This document shows, in pieces, positions 8,893 to 17,916 of a stretch of 53,353 nucleotides of DNA. The position numbers and the translations under genes are program-made. The stretch's first letter is position 1. The number at the start of each line of letters is the position of its first letter. Under the pieces are notes generated by a model. That model was not told where the DNA came from and ran no database searches. It saw nothing but the letters and a program-made list of their open reading frames with translations. Source of the stretch: a virus (lineage: Duplodnaviria; Caudoviricetes). The stretch spans positions 1 through 53,353 of IMG/VR virus record IMGVR_UViG_3300044229_003740. One strand, given 5' to 3'.

Positions 8893-9593
8893 CGCACCCG
8901 CCCTACGCCAGGAAATGCCCTTGTCGGCAGCACGCCGTTTTCACCGAATCGCAAACGGCAGTCTGACAGCCGCTTACCGCATCGATCTTCGCCCGGCGCA
9001 GCGGGGGAGCCGTTTTGCTCCCACTCGCCCGAGCCCGCATAGGGGCAGGTCACGCCGTCGTATTGGTATTCGCCGTTGGCAAAGTACCGATATCTGTGTG
9101 TGCAAGTGTCACGCAGCACTTGGCGATGCGGAATCATGCGGCCCTGCTGATCCATCTGAACGGACAGCTCGAACTGAATAGCGCGGCGATTCTGCGAGGT
9201 CTTGCGCTCGATCACGTAGTAATCGACGGGGAACATCGCCTCGGGGTCGGGGTCGCTGCCGTCATCGAGATGGCGGCGATAGGTGCGGATGCGTTTAACC
9301 GGTGCCCCCACGAGGTCGTCAGCGCTGATTACCAGGGACAGGAACGCCAATTCCATGGCGGTCACGGTGAGCGTCGGGCGTGGGAGCGTGCCCTGGCCGT
9401 TCCACTCGAAGCCCTCAGCCTGGATGGGCACCGGTTGGTATTCGTAGCCGTTGAAGCGCACCAGCCCGCCGTCTACCGCCTCATTGCAGAACCTGAGGAT
9501 GCCGTCGCCAAATTGCCGAGCATCCAGCTCGAACACAGTCACGATGGCGTCTTGCTCTAGCCGCTGTACGCCGCTGGCGATAGTCTGGCTCAT
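8889..9593 (-). CDS. Minor tail protein L
   Basis: YQPVPIQAEGFE, LPRPTL, C-terminal cysteine cluster CGKRLSDCRLRFG...FPG. Confidence 0.92.
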   Translation of the reverse strand: MSQTIASGVQRLEQDAIVTVFELDARQFGDGILRFCNEAVDGGLVRFNGYEYQPVPIQAEGFEWNGQGTLPRPTLTVTAMELAFLSLVISADDLVGAPVKRIRTYRRHLDDGSDPDPEAMFPVDYYVIERKTSQNRRAIQFELSVQMDQQGRMIPHRQVLRDTCTHRYRYFANGEYQYDGVTCPYAGSGEWEQNGSPAAPGEDRCGKRLSDCRLRFGENGVLPTRAFPGVGRVR

Positions 9594-9940
9594 AGCCCGA
9601 AATCCTCTGTAAACGTCGCTGACAGCGAATAGTAGCGATAGCCGTCATAGGTGTCGGTCGGCGGCTCCTCGCACACCACACGCAGCGCCTGGTCTTCCTC
9701 GGGCACCTCCCAATAGAAGGCATAGACCCCAAGGCGTGACATCAGGAACTGGCGAAGCGCTTCCATCTGCTCGCGTTCGAGCAATGTCCAAGACACCGAC
9801 CATTTCCGCCGCGCTGAATTGAGCCCAGCAGGGCGGCGCTGCTGGTAGCCGTCACCAAACTGCGTTTTATCAACGGCAAACGAAGGGTTCCCGGCGAGCC
9901 CATAGTCAGGCTCCCGGCCAATATCGGGTAGGAAATCCAT
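9590..9940 (-). CDS. Minor tail protein M
   Basis: FGDGYQQR...GLN, ending LSATFTEDF; position after tape measure. Confidence 0.88.
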   Translation of the reverse strand: MDFLPDIGREPDYGLAGNPSFAVDKTQFGDGYQQRRPAGLNSARRKWSVSWTLLEREQMEALRQFLMSRLGVYAFYWEVPEEDQALRVVCEEPPTDTYDGYRYYSLSATFTEDFGL

Positions 9941-9943
9941 GCT

Positions 9944-12190
9944 TTACCTCTTGGCCAGCATGCCGCCGGGGCGTTGCTGTTCTCGGAGAAATTCGGCGAA
10001 CTGCGCTTTGTTGGCTTGCTTGAATGCTTTGACCTGGCGGCCTACGTCCTCCTGAGTTGCGCCTGGCTGTGCCTGTACCGTGACCTGCGGTGCGTAGGTG
10101 ATGCTTGGCGCAATGCTTGCGCCCGAGCCGCCGCCCACATAACCACCGCTGGCGTAGCCTTTGTTCAGACCCTCAAGGAAGGGGCGAACACCAGGGTTGT
10201 CGACGACGCTTTTCTTGACGACGAACTCGCCCTTGTGGACGACCCCAGCGGGGTCCATCTTGGCGCCGTCACCTGTGTAGCCGCCCTCGGCATACGTGGC
10301 GCTGCTTGCCCAGCCGCCGCTATAACCGCCACCGCCGCCACCCGCAAAGGCTGATATGCCTGTCGAGATAGCGCCCGTCAGCCAGTCAGAAGCAGGCTCG
10401 GTAACGCCTTTGCGCAGCGCGATGCGTGCAATGTCCTCGGCGATGCCTGATAGCACCTCGCGGAAGCCTTCTCCGCCGATAATCGCATCCTCGAAGGCGC
10501 TCTCGAACGTCAGCCCAAGGTCGCGGGCTGCGCCGTCCATTTTTTCAAGCTCTTTGGTGGCGGAGCCATCCAGGCCATAGGCGTCCTGCCAGTTATCGCC
10601 GGAGCGCTGTGCATCCTCCAGGCGCTGCCAGGCATCCATATAACGCTCAATCCCGATCTTGCCCTGTGTCAGCGCCGTGGTAAGCAACATCTGCTCGCTG
10701 CGATACTGCCGCTGGGCGGCTTCGAGCGGGAATAACTGTTCTTCGAGGGAGCGAAGGGAGCTGGCGAACTGGTCGGCTTGGCGTTGGGCTTCTTTTGTGC
10801 TTCCCGATGCTTCATTCACCCCTTTGTTAACGCCGCTAGCTGCTTGCTCAACATCGAATAACCAGCCCGAAAGCGGTTTAAATCCTAAGCTTGATGCCTG
10901 GCTAGCAGCCTCTCCGCCTGACCTAATAGCCTCGGCAGATTGTCGCGCTGCTTCGGCTTGATCGCGTAACGCTTCGGACGTATTTTCAAGAGATTCAACA
11001 GCAAGTCCTTGGGGGTCAATCAGCCCATTGCGAATTGCTTCTGCTTGGGCGATGAAGTTACCACCAGCAGGGCCGAGCAGGTTGCCGACATTTTCGAGTA
11101 GATTGGCAAAGGTTTCATCGAGGTAATTTAGTGCCTGCTGTATCGGAACCAGGCCTTTGTTGATTGTATCGGCTGCTCCTGCCGCAAGCCCTGCAAACGC
11201 CTCAACACCGGTAGCGCGCATATCTAGAAAGCTGGCCTCTATCTCTAGAAGACCTGCGCTCAAGGTGTTTTTCATTCCAACAGCTTCTTCTTTAATGCCG
11301 TATATCTCAGCTATAAAGGCATTACCCTCGGTATTAGCGTCTTGGAAAAAGCCAATAAGATCATCAAATGCACCATTTTCAATAGCTGCTGTAAGTCGCT
11401 CGACCGAGTCAGCCGCTCTGTCTATTGACCCGCTGAAAGCGTCAGTCGCGCCCGCGTCGCCAATAGCTATATAAAGCTGGTAAACGGAATCCTGCAGGTT
11501 CGACATCTTTCCGCCCAGCGTGTCCATTTGATCGGCCATGGCGCCCGCAAATTGGTTTTCGCCTATGCTTTGCAGGTACTCGCTAATAGCCTCTGAGCTG
11601 TTGCGAACAGTAGTCTCCACGCCCTGAAAGGTGAATGTAATTTGATTGCCTTCCTTACTGGCACGAATACCGAATTCCTTTAGGCGTTCGAACTCACCTG
11701 TGGTGGCATCTGCTACCGCCTCCACCATTTGCATCATGTCCTTGCCCATGGCTGAGGCGGTGTTGCCGAACGAGCGCAGCGCGTCATTGGTCGGGTCTAG
11801 CCCCAATGACTTCATGCGAATAAAACCCTGTACCGACTGCTCCAGCGTAAACGGTGTTTCGCTGGCAAACTCTAGAAGTGATTCCCACGCTTGGCCCGCT
11901 GCATCGGCTGAGCCGGTGACAGTTTCTAGCGATGCTTGAAGCTTTTGAGCACTACTGATAGCGCCAAAGGTGTTACGTGAGAACTGAGCTAGGCCTAGGC
12001 CGGCCAGCGCGCCAGAGGCCAGAATAGCCACGCGGCGGACGCTATCAAGACTGCCCGACATGTCGCGCATTGAGCCTTGCGCACGGTCGCCAGCTCGCTC
12101 TACGCCCTGCAGGCGATCTTCTACGCGCCGTAGAGACCGTTCCCCTGTGCGACTATCTATCTGTAGCTCTAGGCGAGAGGAATATGACAC
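9944..12190 (-). CDS. Tail tape measure protein
   Basis: 748 aa, Ala-rich; ETPFTLEQ...TGEFERLKEFGI tape-measure domain; C-terminal GGYTGDG...PAGVVHKGEFV. Confidence 0.9.
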   Translation of the reverse strand: MSYSSRLELQIDSRTGERSLRRVEDRLQGVERAGDRAQGSMRDMSGSLDSVRRVAILASGALAGLGLAQFSRNTFGAISSAQKLQASLETVTGSADAAGQAWESLLEFASETPFTLEQSVQGFIRMKSLGLDPTNDALRSFGNTASAMGKDMMQMVEAVADATTGEFERLKEFGIRASKEGNQITFTFQGVETTVRNSSEAISEYLQSIGENQFAGAMADQMDTLGGKMSNLQDSVYQLYIAIGDAGATDAFSGSIDRAADSVERLTAAIENGAFDDLIGFFQDANTEGNAFIAEIYGIKEEAVGMKNTLSAGLLEIEASFLDMRATGVEAFAGLAAGAADTINKGLVPIQQALNYLDETFANLLENVGNLLGPAGGNFIAQAEAIRNGLIDPQGLAVESLENTSEALRDQAEAARQSAEAIRSGGEAASQASSLGFKPLSGWLFDVEQAASGVNKGVNEASGSTKEAQRQADQFASSLRSLEEQLFPLEAAQRQYRSEQMLLTTALTQGKIGIERYMDAWQRLEDAQRSGDNWQDAYGLDGSATKELEKMDGAARDLGLTFESAFEDAIIGGEGFREVLSGIAEDIARIALRKGVTEPASDWLTGAISTGISAFAGGGGGGYSGGWASSATYAEGGYTGDGAKMDPAGVVHKGEFVVKKSVVDNPGVRPFLEGLNKGYASGGYVGGGSGASIAPSITYAPQVTVQAQPGATQEDVGRQVKAFKQANKAQFAEFLREQQRPGGMLAKR

Positions 12191-12207
12191 AGGCTGTCTC
12201 CAGGCAT

Positions 12208-12258
12208 AAAAAAAGCCCGCATAAGCGAGCTAGTAAATAAAAGCCCGCCGAGGCGGGT
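12208..12258 (-). terminator. Two tandem terminator-like hairpins after the 12278-12601 gene
   Basis: ACCCGC-CTCG-GCGGGC-TTTT and GCTCGC-TTAT-GCGGGC-T7 on the minus strand. Confidence 0.6.
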
Positions 12259-12277
12259 TGTATTCCGATGTGCAAAG

Positions 12278-12601
12278 CTATATCTCGCACCAATATTTGC
12301 CGAGCTGCTCAAAGCCATCTCCTCTAGCAGCGACGGCTATATCAATCATCTTCACCAGCACGCGGCCACTGCCAGTGGCGAACTCTCGAACATCTTCGCA
12401 AACCGACATTGCGTAGCCGTCTCGGTTGTTGCCGTTATCTAGAACGCCAACATAAACATTGCCGCTACTTGTAAAGGCGACGTCTTTTACCGTGCTGTAG
12501 CTCATCAGTTGGATTCTCAGGCTCTCTTGATCAACTTGCTGAGCTTGAGCACCGCCTGCAAATGCCAGCGCGATAAATGCAATAGCTACCCATTTGGTCA
12601 T
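12278..12601 (-). CDS. Exported moron protein with signal peptide
   Basis: MTKWVAIAFIALAFAGGAQA (AxA cleavage site); GAGGAGGG RBS; inserted between tail chaperone and tape measure genes. Confidence 0.75.
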   Translation of the reverse strand: MTKWVAIAFIALAFAGGAQAQQVDQESLRIQLMSYSTVKDVAFTSSGNVYVGVLDNGNNRDGYAMSVCEDVREFATGSGRVLVKMIDIAVAARGDGFEQLGKYWCEI

Positions 12602-12733
12602 AATCCCTCCTCAGTTTCCCCAATCGTAGCGCAGGCGGGAGGGGAGGGGTAGGGCATGTATTAATACACAGTCTGCATCTCGCCTACGTCGACTGATACT
12701 CTCTACGCTCACCACAAGCTAGGAGATTTACCA

Positions 12734-12985
12734 ATGTCGAGTCCTGATTACTTGAATCAAACGATACAAACGCTCATAGCGATGGGCGTATTTATGAGAG
12801 AGATTGATGAGGCTAAAGCGAAATCCTACCTTGGCGGCGCAGTAATTGCGGCTGCGAGGGATGCTGAAATGGGTGACGATATCCCAAGAAAGGTTTTTGA
12901 AACTGTATTTCCTGGAGAAAATATTCCTACGGCAGTCTCTGACGATATTATGGATACGCTAGTGAACCGGCAGCTTAGGAAATAA
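12734..12985 (+). CDS. Hypothetical moron protein, opposite to the late operon
   Basis: AGGAGA RBS; TATACT upstream; lower GC. Confidence 0.7.
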   Translation: MSSPDYLNQTIQTLIAMGVFMREIDEAKAKSYLGGAVIAAARDAEMGDDIPRKVFETVFPGENIPTAVSDDIMDTLVNRQLRK

Positions 12986-13186
12986 CAGCCTGTCGAGCAG
13001 GCTATCTGAAATAAGCACTCTGCCAGTTGGGAGTAGCATATAGCCCTTACTCCCTTCTTCTCGGGCTGCTAGTGATTTAAATAGAGAAGACTGCTCAATC
13101 TCTCGGCTGAGGCTTTTTAAAACCTCTGCATCGCTATGTTTTTGGGCAGACTTCTCTGCTTTGCTTTGAGCGGTTTGACTTTTCAT
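12959..13186 (-). CDS. Hypothetical protein (start MKSQTAQ)
   Basis: GGAGG RBS before ATG at 13186; ORF track start at 13294 overlaps the chaperone gene. Confidence 0.55.
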   Translation of the reverse strand: MKSQTAQSKAEKSAQKHSDAEVLKSLSREIEQSSLFKSLAAREEGSKGYMLLPTGRVLISDSLLDRLLFPKLPVH

Positions 13187-13226
13187 CTGTCGACCTCCAG
13201 AGGTTTGTTCGGGCAATTCATGCCCT

Positions 13227-13556
13227 TTACTTGGCTTTCTTCCCTTGCTTACTATCCCGCCACTTAATCCAGGCGTCATCCATAGAGCACACAACTACTA
13301 CCGCCTCATCAGGCTCAGCAGCGAGCGACAAGGCGTCTACAAGAGCTATGATATTGAGGGGTGGCAAGGGTAGGGGGAAGCCGTTCGTGTATGGCCTGCC
13401 GCGCTCAGCGAGCGAGTAGGCGTTAAGCCAGAAGGCGGTGCGGTCGTCTATCTCGGGTTTCTCAACCTTATCAGCGATACCAAGCTTTGCCGCAATCGTT
13501 GCCAGCTTGTTTTCTCTGCCCGCCGCTCGCAATTCGTACTCAAGCGCGGCTATCGC
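13227..13556 (-). CDS. Tail assembly chaperone, -1 frameshift (gpT-like) segment
   Basis: Open in the -1 frame directly after the slippery run at 13556-13564. Confidence 0.75.
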   Translation of the reverse strand, partial: AIAALEYELRAAGRENKLATIAAKLGIADKVEKPEIDDRTAFWLNAYSLAERGRPYTNGFPLPLPPLNIIALVDALSLAAEPDEAVVVVCSMDDAWIKWRDSKQGKKAK

Positions 13557-13927
13557 TTTTTTTTCTGCGTCTCGATATCGTCACGATAAAAGTTTTCGTT
13601 GCGACGAGCCTCAGCCAGCAGTCCGTCAGCTAGCTCGGGGTCGTCAATCAATAGCTCAATAGCGGATTCCCTCGAGTATGGCAGCGGATTGCCTTCAATA
13701 TCCTCGACATCATCACTCCAGCCTCGCAAGATGCCGTCAGCGATGATCTCGGCATTGGCTCGAATGCGCTCTTCGCCTGTCTTAAGCGACGCCTTGCGCA
13801 CCTCCTCGACCGCATCAAGCGCCTGAGCGTTGCCTGCGCGGGCAATGATCCACGTCGCGTCGCAAACTTCCACCGCAACACCGTCGTTTACTTTCTTCCG
13901 GTCTACACGACCTGCTTTATATCCCAT
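13550..13927 (-). CDS. Tail assembly chaperone (gpG-like)
   Basis: Between tail tube and tape measure; IIARAGN, ILRGW, PLPYS.E.AIELL; ends CAG AAA AAA AAG CGA TAG. Confidence 0.8.
   Translation of the reverse strand: MGYKAGRVDRKKVNDGVAVEVCDATWIIARAGNAQALDAVEEVRKASLKTGEERIRANAEIIADGILRGWSDDVEDIEGNPLPYSRESAIELLIDDPELADGLLAEARRNENFYRDDIETQKKKR
13556..13564 (-). promoter_or_regulatory. Programmed -1 ribosomal frameshift site AAAAAAAAG
   Basis: Contains the A-AAA-AAG heptamer in frame; -1 slip reads K-K-A-I-A-A-L-E-Y-E-L-R-A-A-G into the downstream ORF. Confidence 0.8.
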
Positions 13928-14023
13928 ATCTTCTCTCCGCTCCGCGAATTAAAAAGAGCGCCAGGGTCGCGGTAAGCCCTGACGCTCGAAATTAAGCCGT
14001 AAAAAAGCCCGCTCGGGGCGGGC

Positions 14024-14518
14024 TTAGTGAAGTGCTAGGCTGAGCTGTTGTCGCTCACGCCAGTAATTGACTCGCATTTGAAGCGGCTGCTTTTCCCATC
14101 GCCAGGAGGCAAGGCCGCGACCTTCTTCGCTGGCTTGTTCGCGCCTATCTTCCAGCGCCTTGCTGGCCTGCTCGTACTGCTTGCGGACGTACTCAGCGCC
14201 TTGTGTAATAGCATCAAGAAGATCGAGCACCCACCGGCGAAACGCCTTCGCTTTCTTGGTGCGAGCAAACATGGCGATAAGGTGGGCGCCGCGAAGCGAG
14301 AATATGCGCACGGTCTTGGTGAGGTTTCCCGAGAACGCCAAATTGGCGGTCTGGGACATGCTGGGCGTAAATTCATCAGCATTGCGCCGATAGATTCGCC
14401 CAACTTCATCTTCTCGGCTGTAGCCAAGCGCCTTTGAGAGATCAGAGGCGGCCACCCACGGCTCGCCACCCTTATCAATGATTTTGATCTCAGTGTTTTC
14501 AAACATAAGAGATTGCAT
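14024..14518 (-). CDS. BRO-N domain antirepressor-like DNA-binding protein
   Basis: GEPWVAASDLSKALGY...IYRRNADEF...VRIFSLRGAHLIAMFART.KAKAFRRWVLD; AAAGGA RBS before ATG 14518. Confidence 0.85.
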   Translation of the reverse strand: MQSLMFENTEIKIIDKGGEPWVAASDLSKALGYSREDEVGRIYRRNADEFTPSMSQTANLAFSGNLTKTVRIFSLRGAHLIAMFARTKKAKAFRRWVLDLLDAITQGAEYVRKQYEQASKALEDRREQASEEGRGLASWRWEKQPLQMRVNYWRERQQLSLALH

Positions 14519-14680
14519 CGGTCTTTCCTTTTGGTGATAGAGCCCGTTGCCCAGGATGTACCAGCCCAAGAGAGGCCCGATGAAAGCCACCGGCACTCCT
14601 CCAGGCTCTATCCCGAAAGGCTCTTGGTAATGCGCCGGGCATGGCGCGGGGATTGCCCTGGCGAACCAGGGCGAAAGCGG

Positions 14681-15619
14681 TTAAGGCGCCAGGGTGCGCG
14701 TTACCTTGATCGGCGTTAGCTTGGCTGCGATGTTCAGCTCAGCCTCTACAAGGTCGTTATTGCCCCCATCAGGAAGCTGACCGTCCACCTCTATCTGAGG
14801 CAGCTCAAACAGGTAGGTGTTGCCAGACGAGTCTTGAAGCGGGAAAGATACTTTTACGGACTGGCGAGTAAGCGTCTTGCCCCATAACGCAAAGGTATCT
14901 TGTGACCAGGCAACCTGAATCGTTCCTGTCACATTGGCCTGCATTGCAATTAGGGCGCCTGGGCCTGCTTTTCCAAGGCAGCGTTGCGTCTGTATTGAGT
15001 TATCAATAGAGAGCGACATCGAAGAAATGCAAGCACCTGCTGCTAGAGGATTATCATCAAACTCAATGTCGCCAACAGCTGTAGCAGATCCCATCACGAT
15101 GGTGCTGGTGGACGGGTTGATGGTATCGCCATCAGTCGGGTTGGTAGTCTCGCCCTCGTAGCTAAGGGCCATACAGCCAAACGTACCGGTAATAATTCCC
15201 TCTTCAGGGATCTCGATGCTCATTGTGTTGATATGGACGCCTCTGAAGGTCGTCCATACATCTATGTCTTTATACCCTCGGACAAGTGTAAATGTGTGTC
15301 GCGTAGACCCAATCTCCAACGTGTCAGAGCCAACTGAGGGAGTGTCAGCTTCCCAGTTGCCGTAAAAAGCAGCTTCAATCAGTTGATCAAAGGATGCTGC
15401 TGAGAATTCGTATCCAAGGTCTCCGGCATAGTCCAGCGATGTGATGACATTGCCGCCTGACATGCGGTCAGCGCGAATCTCGCTTGATTGCTCTGTGCCA
15501 ACATCCGGCGACATTCCATTGCCAGTTAATCGCAAGGTGTCCCAAGTGGGGTCTGTAGGCGTCTCGCCTGGCGTGGTTTCGGCTACGATGTACGTAACGA
15601 TCTGCGAACCGCTGCTCAT
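14681..15619 (-). CDS. Major tail tube protein
   Basis: MSSGSQI..YI.ETTPG.TP..P.W..LR, SEIRADR; position after tail terminator. Confidence 0.85.
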   Translation of the reverse strand: MSSGSQIVTYIVAETTPGETPTDPTWDTLRLTGNGMSPDVGTEQSSEIRADRMSGGNVITSLDYAGDLGYEFSAASFDQLIEAAFYGNWEADTPSVGSDTLEIGSTRHTFTLVRGYKDIDVWTTFRGVHINTMSIEIPEEGIITGTFGCMALSYEGETTNPTDGDTINPSTSTIVMGSATAVGDIEFDDNPLAAGACISSMSLSIDNSIQTQRCLGKAGPGALIAMQANVTGTIQVAWSQDTFALWGKTLTRQSVKVSFPLQDSSGNTYLFELPQIEVDGQLPDGGNNDLVEAELNIAAKLTPIKVTRTLAP

Positions 15620-15690
15620 GGTGTTCTCCTATGGCGTTTTGCGGGCATAAAAAAGCCCGCTATATGCGGGCCATTGGGGTGATGTGGGCG

Positions 15691-16095
15691 CTATCCGGCG
15701 CGCCAAGGCGCTCGGACCAAATACATGTACCAACCGTTATCAGGGCCGACGCGCTGAACGTTGGCAGTCAGCATTTCAAGGCCGCCGCTGCGATAGAACT
15801 GCAGGTGTTCTGCCAGGGAGTCGGCGAGTAAAGCGGCAGGGCGAGAGCCCCTATCTTCGCGGGTGAACACTTGGATCTGAGCGATGCCAGTGCGTCGAAT
15901 GCCGGGCTCCGACCCTTTGTACGGCGCTGAGCTGTCGCCGTGCTGAATAGTGCAGCGCACCCAGCTTTGCTTGGCCTCAATGGCCGTTTTCAGCGCTGGC
16001 GTCTGCGGCGCGCCGTCATACTCCACCGGTACGCCGTCCCAGGTGGCGAGGCGTCGCTCGATGGCTAGGCGGATGCTTTCAAACGTGGGGTTCAT
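15691..16095 (-). CDS. Tail terminator-like protein
   Basis: WVRCTI..G...RRTGIAQIQVF...GS...LADSL; position. Confidence 0.7.
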   Translation of the reverse strand: MNPTFESIRLAIERRLATWDGVPVEYDGAPQTPALKTAIEAKQSWVRCTIQHGDSSAPYKGSEPGIRRTGIAQIQVFTREDRGSRPAALLADSLAEHLQFYRSGGLEMLTANVQRVGPDNGWYMYLVRAPWRAG

Positions 16096-16502
16096 CGTCC
16101 GTATTTCTCCCTAAGGCTATTGGCGGCAGTCTCATAGACGCCTTCCGGCGCTTGCTGAGAGCTCCCGTTTTCCAGTTTTCCCGCATAGGGAGCGTTGTTC
16201 TGGATGTATGCCACGGTAAATGGGACGCTGAGCGCCGAAATCTTTGCCGACTCACGGTCAAACGTTTCCATTTCGAGTCCGCCTCTTGGTGGAGAGCGCT
16301 GGCCAAGTGAGGGGTCATAACCGTTGTCTGGGCTGCCAATAGAAACTCGATGGTTGCCTCTGAATGCACCAGAGTCGACAGGTGAGCCAAGGATAACAAG
16401 CGTGAGCGCTTCCGCAACGATGGTTCTCTGCCTGCCTACCAGCTCTTGCTCTACTTCTTGCACGAAACTGCCTAACGGTCGAGACCAGCCACCCTTAGCC
16501 AT
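16092..16502 (-). CDS. Neck / tail completion protein (HK97 gp10-like)
   Basis: SPVDSGAFRGN...IQNNAPYA.KLENGSS.QAP.G. Confidence 0.75.
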   Translation of the reverse strand: MAKGGWSRPLGSFVQEVEQELVGRQRTIVAEALTLVILGSPVDSGAFRGNHRVSIGSPDNGYDPSLGQRSPPRGGLEMETFDRESAKISALSVPFTVAYIQNNAPYAGKLENGSSQQAPEGVYETAANSLREKYGR

Positions 16503-16897
16503 TACGTCCTCCGAGCCTGGATGATCCAGGCGGCGTCTGCAGGATCCTTTCGGACGTCAACCACTGTGAGGCCGTTGATCACATCATCAACCTGCGGTGC
16601 GTCCGGCGTATTCGTGACTTCGCCGTTCTCGACCCTCCAGATTTCGTTCTGCAGGGCCGTGATTTTGGTATCGGTGGCCAAAATGCGTGCGCCGTCGATC
16701 TCGAACTGCCGAAATCCGCCGAACACACCGCGACCCTGATACCCAATGGTGGTTTGGGGCGTGGTGCCAGTTTCGGGATCATAGCCACCGGTGACCACCT
16801 CCCGGGTGCAACTGAACGCGGTCACCGCATCAGCCAAGCCGTCGACGTCATCGAATGCCTCGGCAATATCGGCCTGGATGTCGTCACGTAGGCTCAT
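16502..16897 (-). CDS. Head closure / head-tail joining protein
   Basis: YDPETG...IDG..ILATD.K...DPADA.W.IQ.RR; position. Confidence 0.65.
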   Translation of the reverse strand: MSLRDDIQADIAEAFDDVDGLADAVTAFSCTREVVTGGYDPETGTTPQTTIGYQGRGVFGGFRQFEIDGARILATDTKITALQNEIWRVENGEVTNTPDAPQVDDVINGLTVVDVRKDPADAAWIIQARRT

Positions 16898-16960
16898 CTG
16901 TTATCTCCATGCATAAAAAACCCAGCGCGGCGGCTGGGCTACTGGCTCTTGAATTAATGG

Positions 16961-17809
16961 CTATATCAAATGAGTGCGTTTATCGCTCTTGCTTAGGTTT
17001 TCTTTCGCCCATACAGGGCGAAGATTCGACAGGCAGTTAACAATAGAAGGGTCGATTTGACCGATGCTAATATAGTGAGACATAGGGACGATATGGTCTA
17101 TGTGCCAATCGCCGTAGTTATCCCAGCTCATACCTTTAACGAACTGCCGCTCCATGTGTTCACGGAGCTGGGCGGAAGAATAGCCAAGCGCCTCATGTGT
17201 TCTAGAATCCTTTCCGCTTTTAGTCCAGCGCAGGAAATTATGAAGAATGGAGCGAAGTGCTTGATCAGCTTTGCGGCTAGCTTTGTGCTTATTTGCGTGA
17301 TAATACTCGCGCTCTCTTTTTCTAGCGCGCTCAATATTGCTCCTTCTCCATTTTCTAACGCTTATCCTTGTGCGCTCAGGGTTTGCCTTGTGGTATTCCC
17401 GCCTTTGCCTTCTTAGTCTCTCAGAGTTGCTATTGTAGTATTCTCTTCTATAGGAAGCCTCATGTTCAGAATTCTCCTCTCTCCATGCAGCCATCTTCGC
17501 CTTAGCTCGCTCGGGATTGGAGTGGTGCCACTCAAGGCTATACTTAGAGCAGCAAAGCGCGCACTTTGAGTATCTTCCACCTCTTGACTTGGCGTTTTCG
17601 TAGAACTCACTTAATGGCTTTACTTCTTTGCACTTAGTGCACTCTTTAAGTCCTTTTTGGCTCAGGTCTGAAAGCTTTTTTAAAAACTCAAGTCGGCCTG
17701 GAGGCATCCTACATAGCTTGCACTGACTGCGCCGACCGTCCTTCACGGTTGAAAGCTTGTGGAACTCATCGTATGGCTTTGTTTCGAAACATTTAGTGCA
17801 GGTTTTCAT
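16961..17809 (-). CDS. HNH homing endonuclease with N-terminal CxxC zinc motifs
   Basis: Repeated KxCTKCxExKP..EF, and GMSWDNYGDWHIDHI.P...NLRP.WAKENLSK; low GC; inserted in the head-tail module. Confidence 0.85.
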   Translation of the reverse strand: MKTCTKCFETKPYDEFHKLSTVKDGRRSQCKLCRMPPGRLEFLKKLSDLSQKGLKECTKCKEVKPLSEFYENAKSRGGRYSKCALCCSKYSLEWHHSNPERAKAKMAAWREENSEHEASYRREYYNSNSERLRRQRREYHKANPERTRISVRKWRRSNIERARKREREYYHANKHKASRKADQALRSILHNFLRWTKSGKDSRTHEALGYSSAQLREHMERQFVKGMSWDNYGDWHIDHIVPMSHYISIGQIDPSIVNCLSNLRPVWAKENLSKSDKRTHLI

Positions 17810-17897
17810 AACGTCGTCTCACGTTATCGTCATAGAGGAGTGCATCAGGAGAGTGACGTTCTCTCTTTTCAGCCGCTAAGCCTAGATGCACGAATAA

Positions 17898-17906
17898 ATT
17901 ATACCA
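17898..17906 (-). promoter_or_regulatory. Extended -10 promoter (TGGTATAAT) upstream of the HNH leader
   Basis: Perfect TGnTATAAT ~90 bp upstream of the HNH start. Confidence 0.65.
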
Positions 17907-17916
17907 ACAAAGTCCA

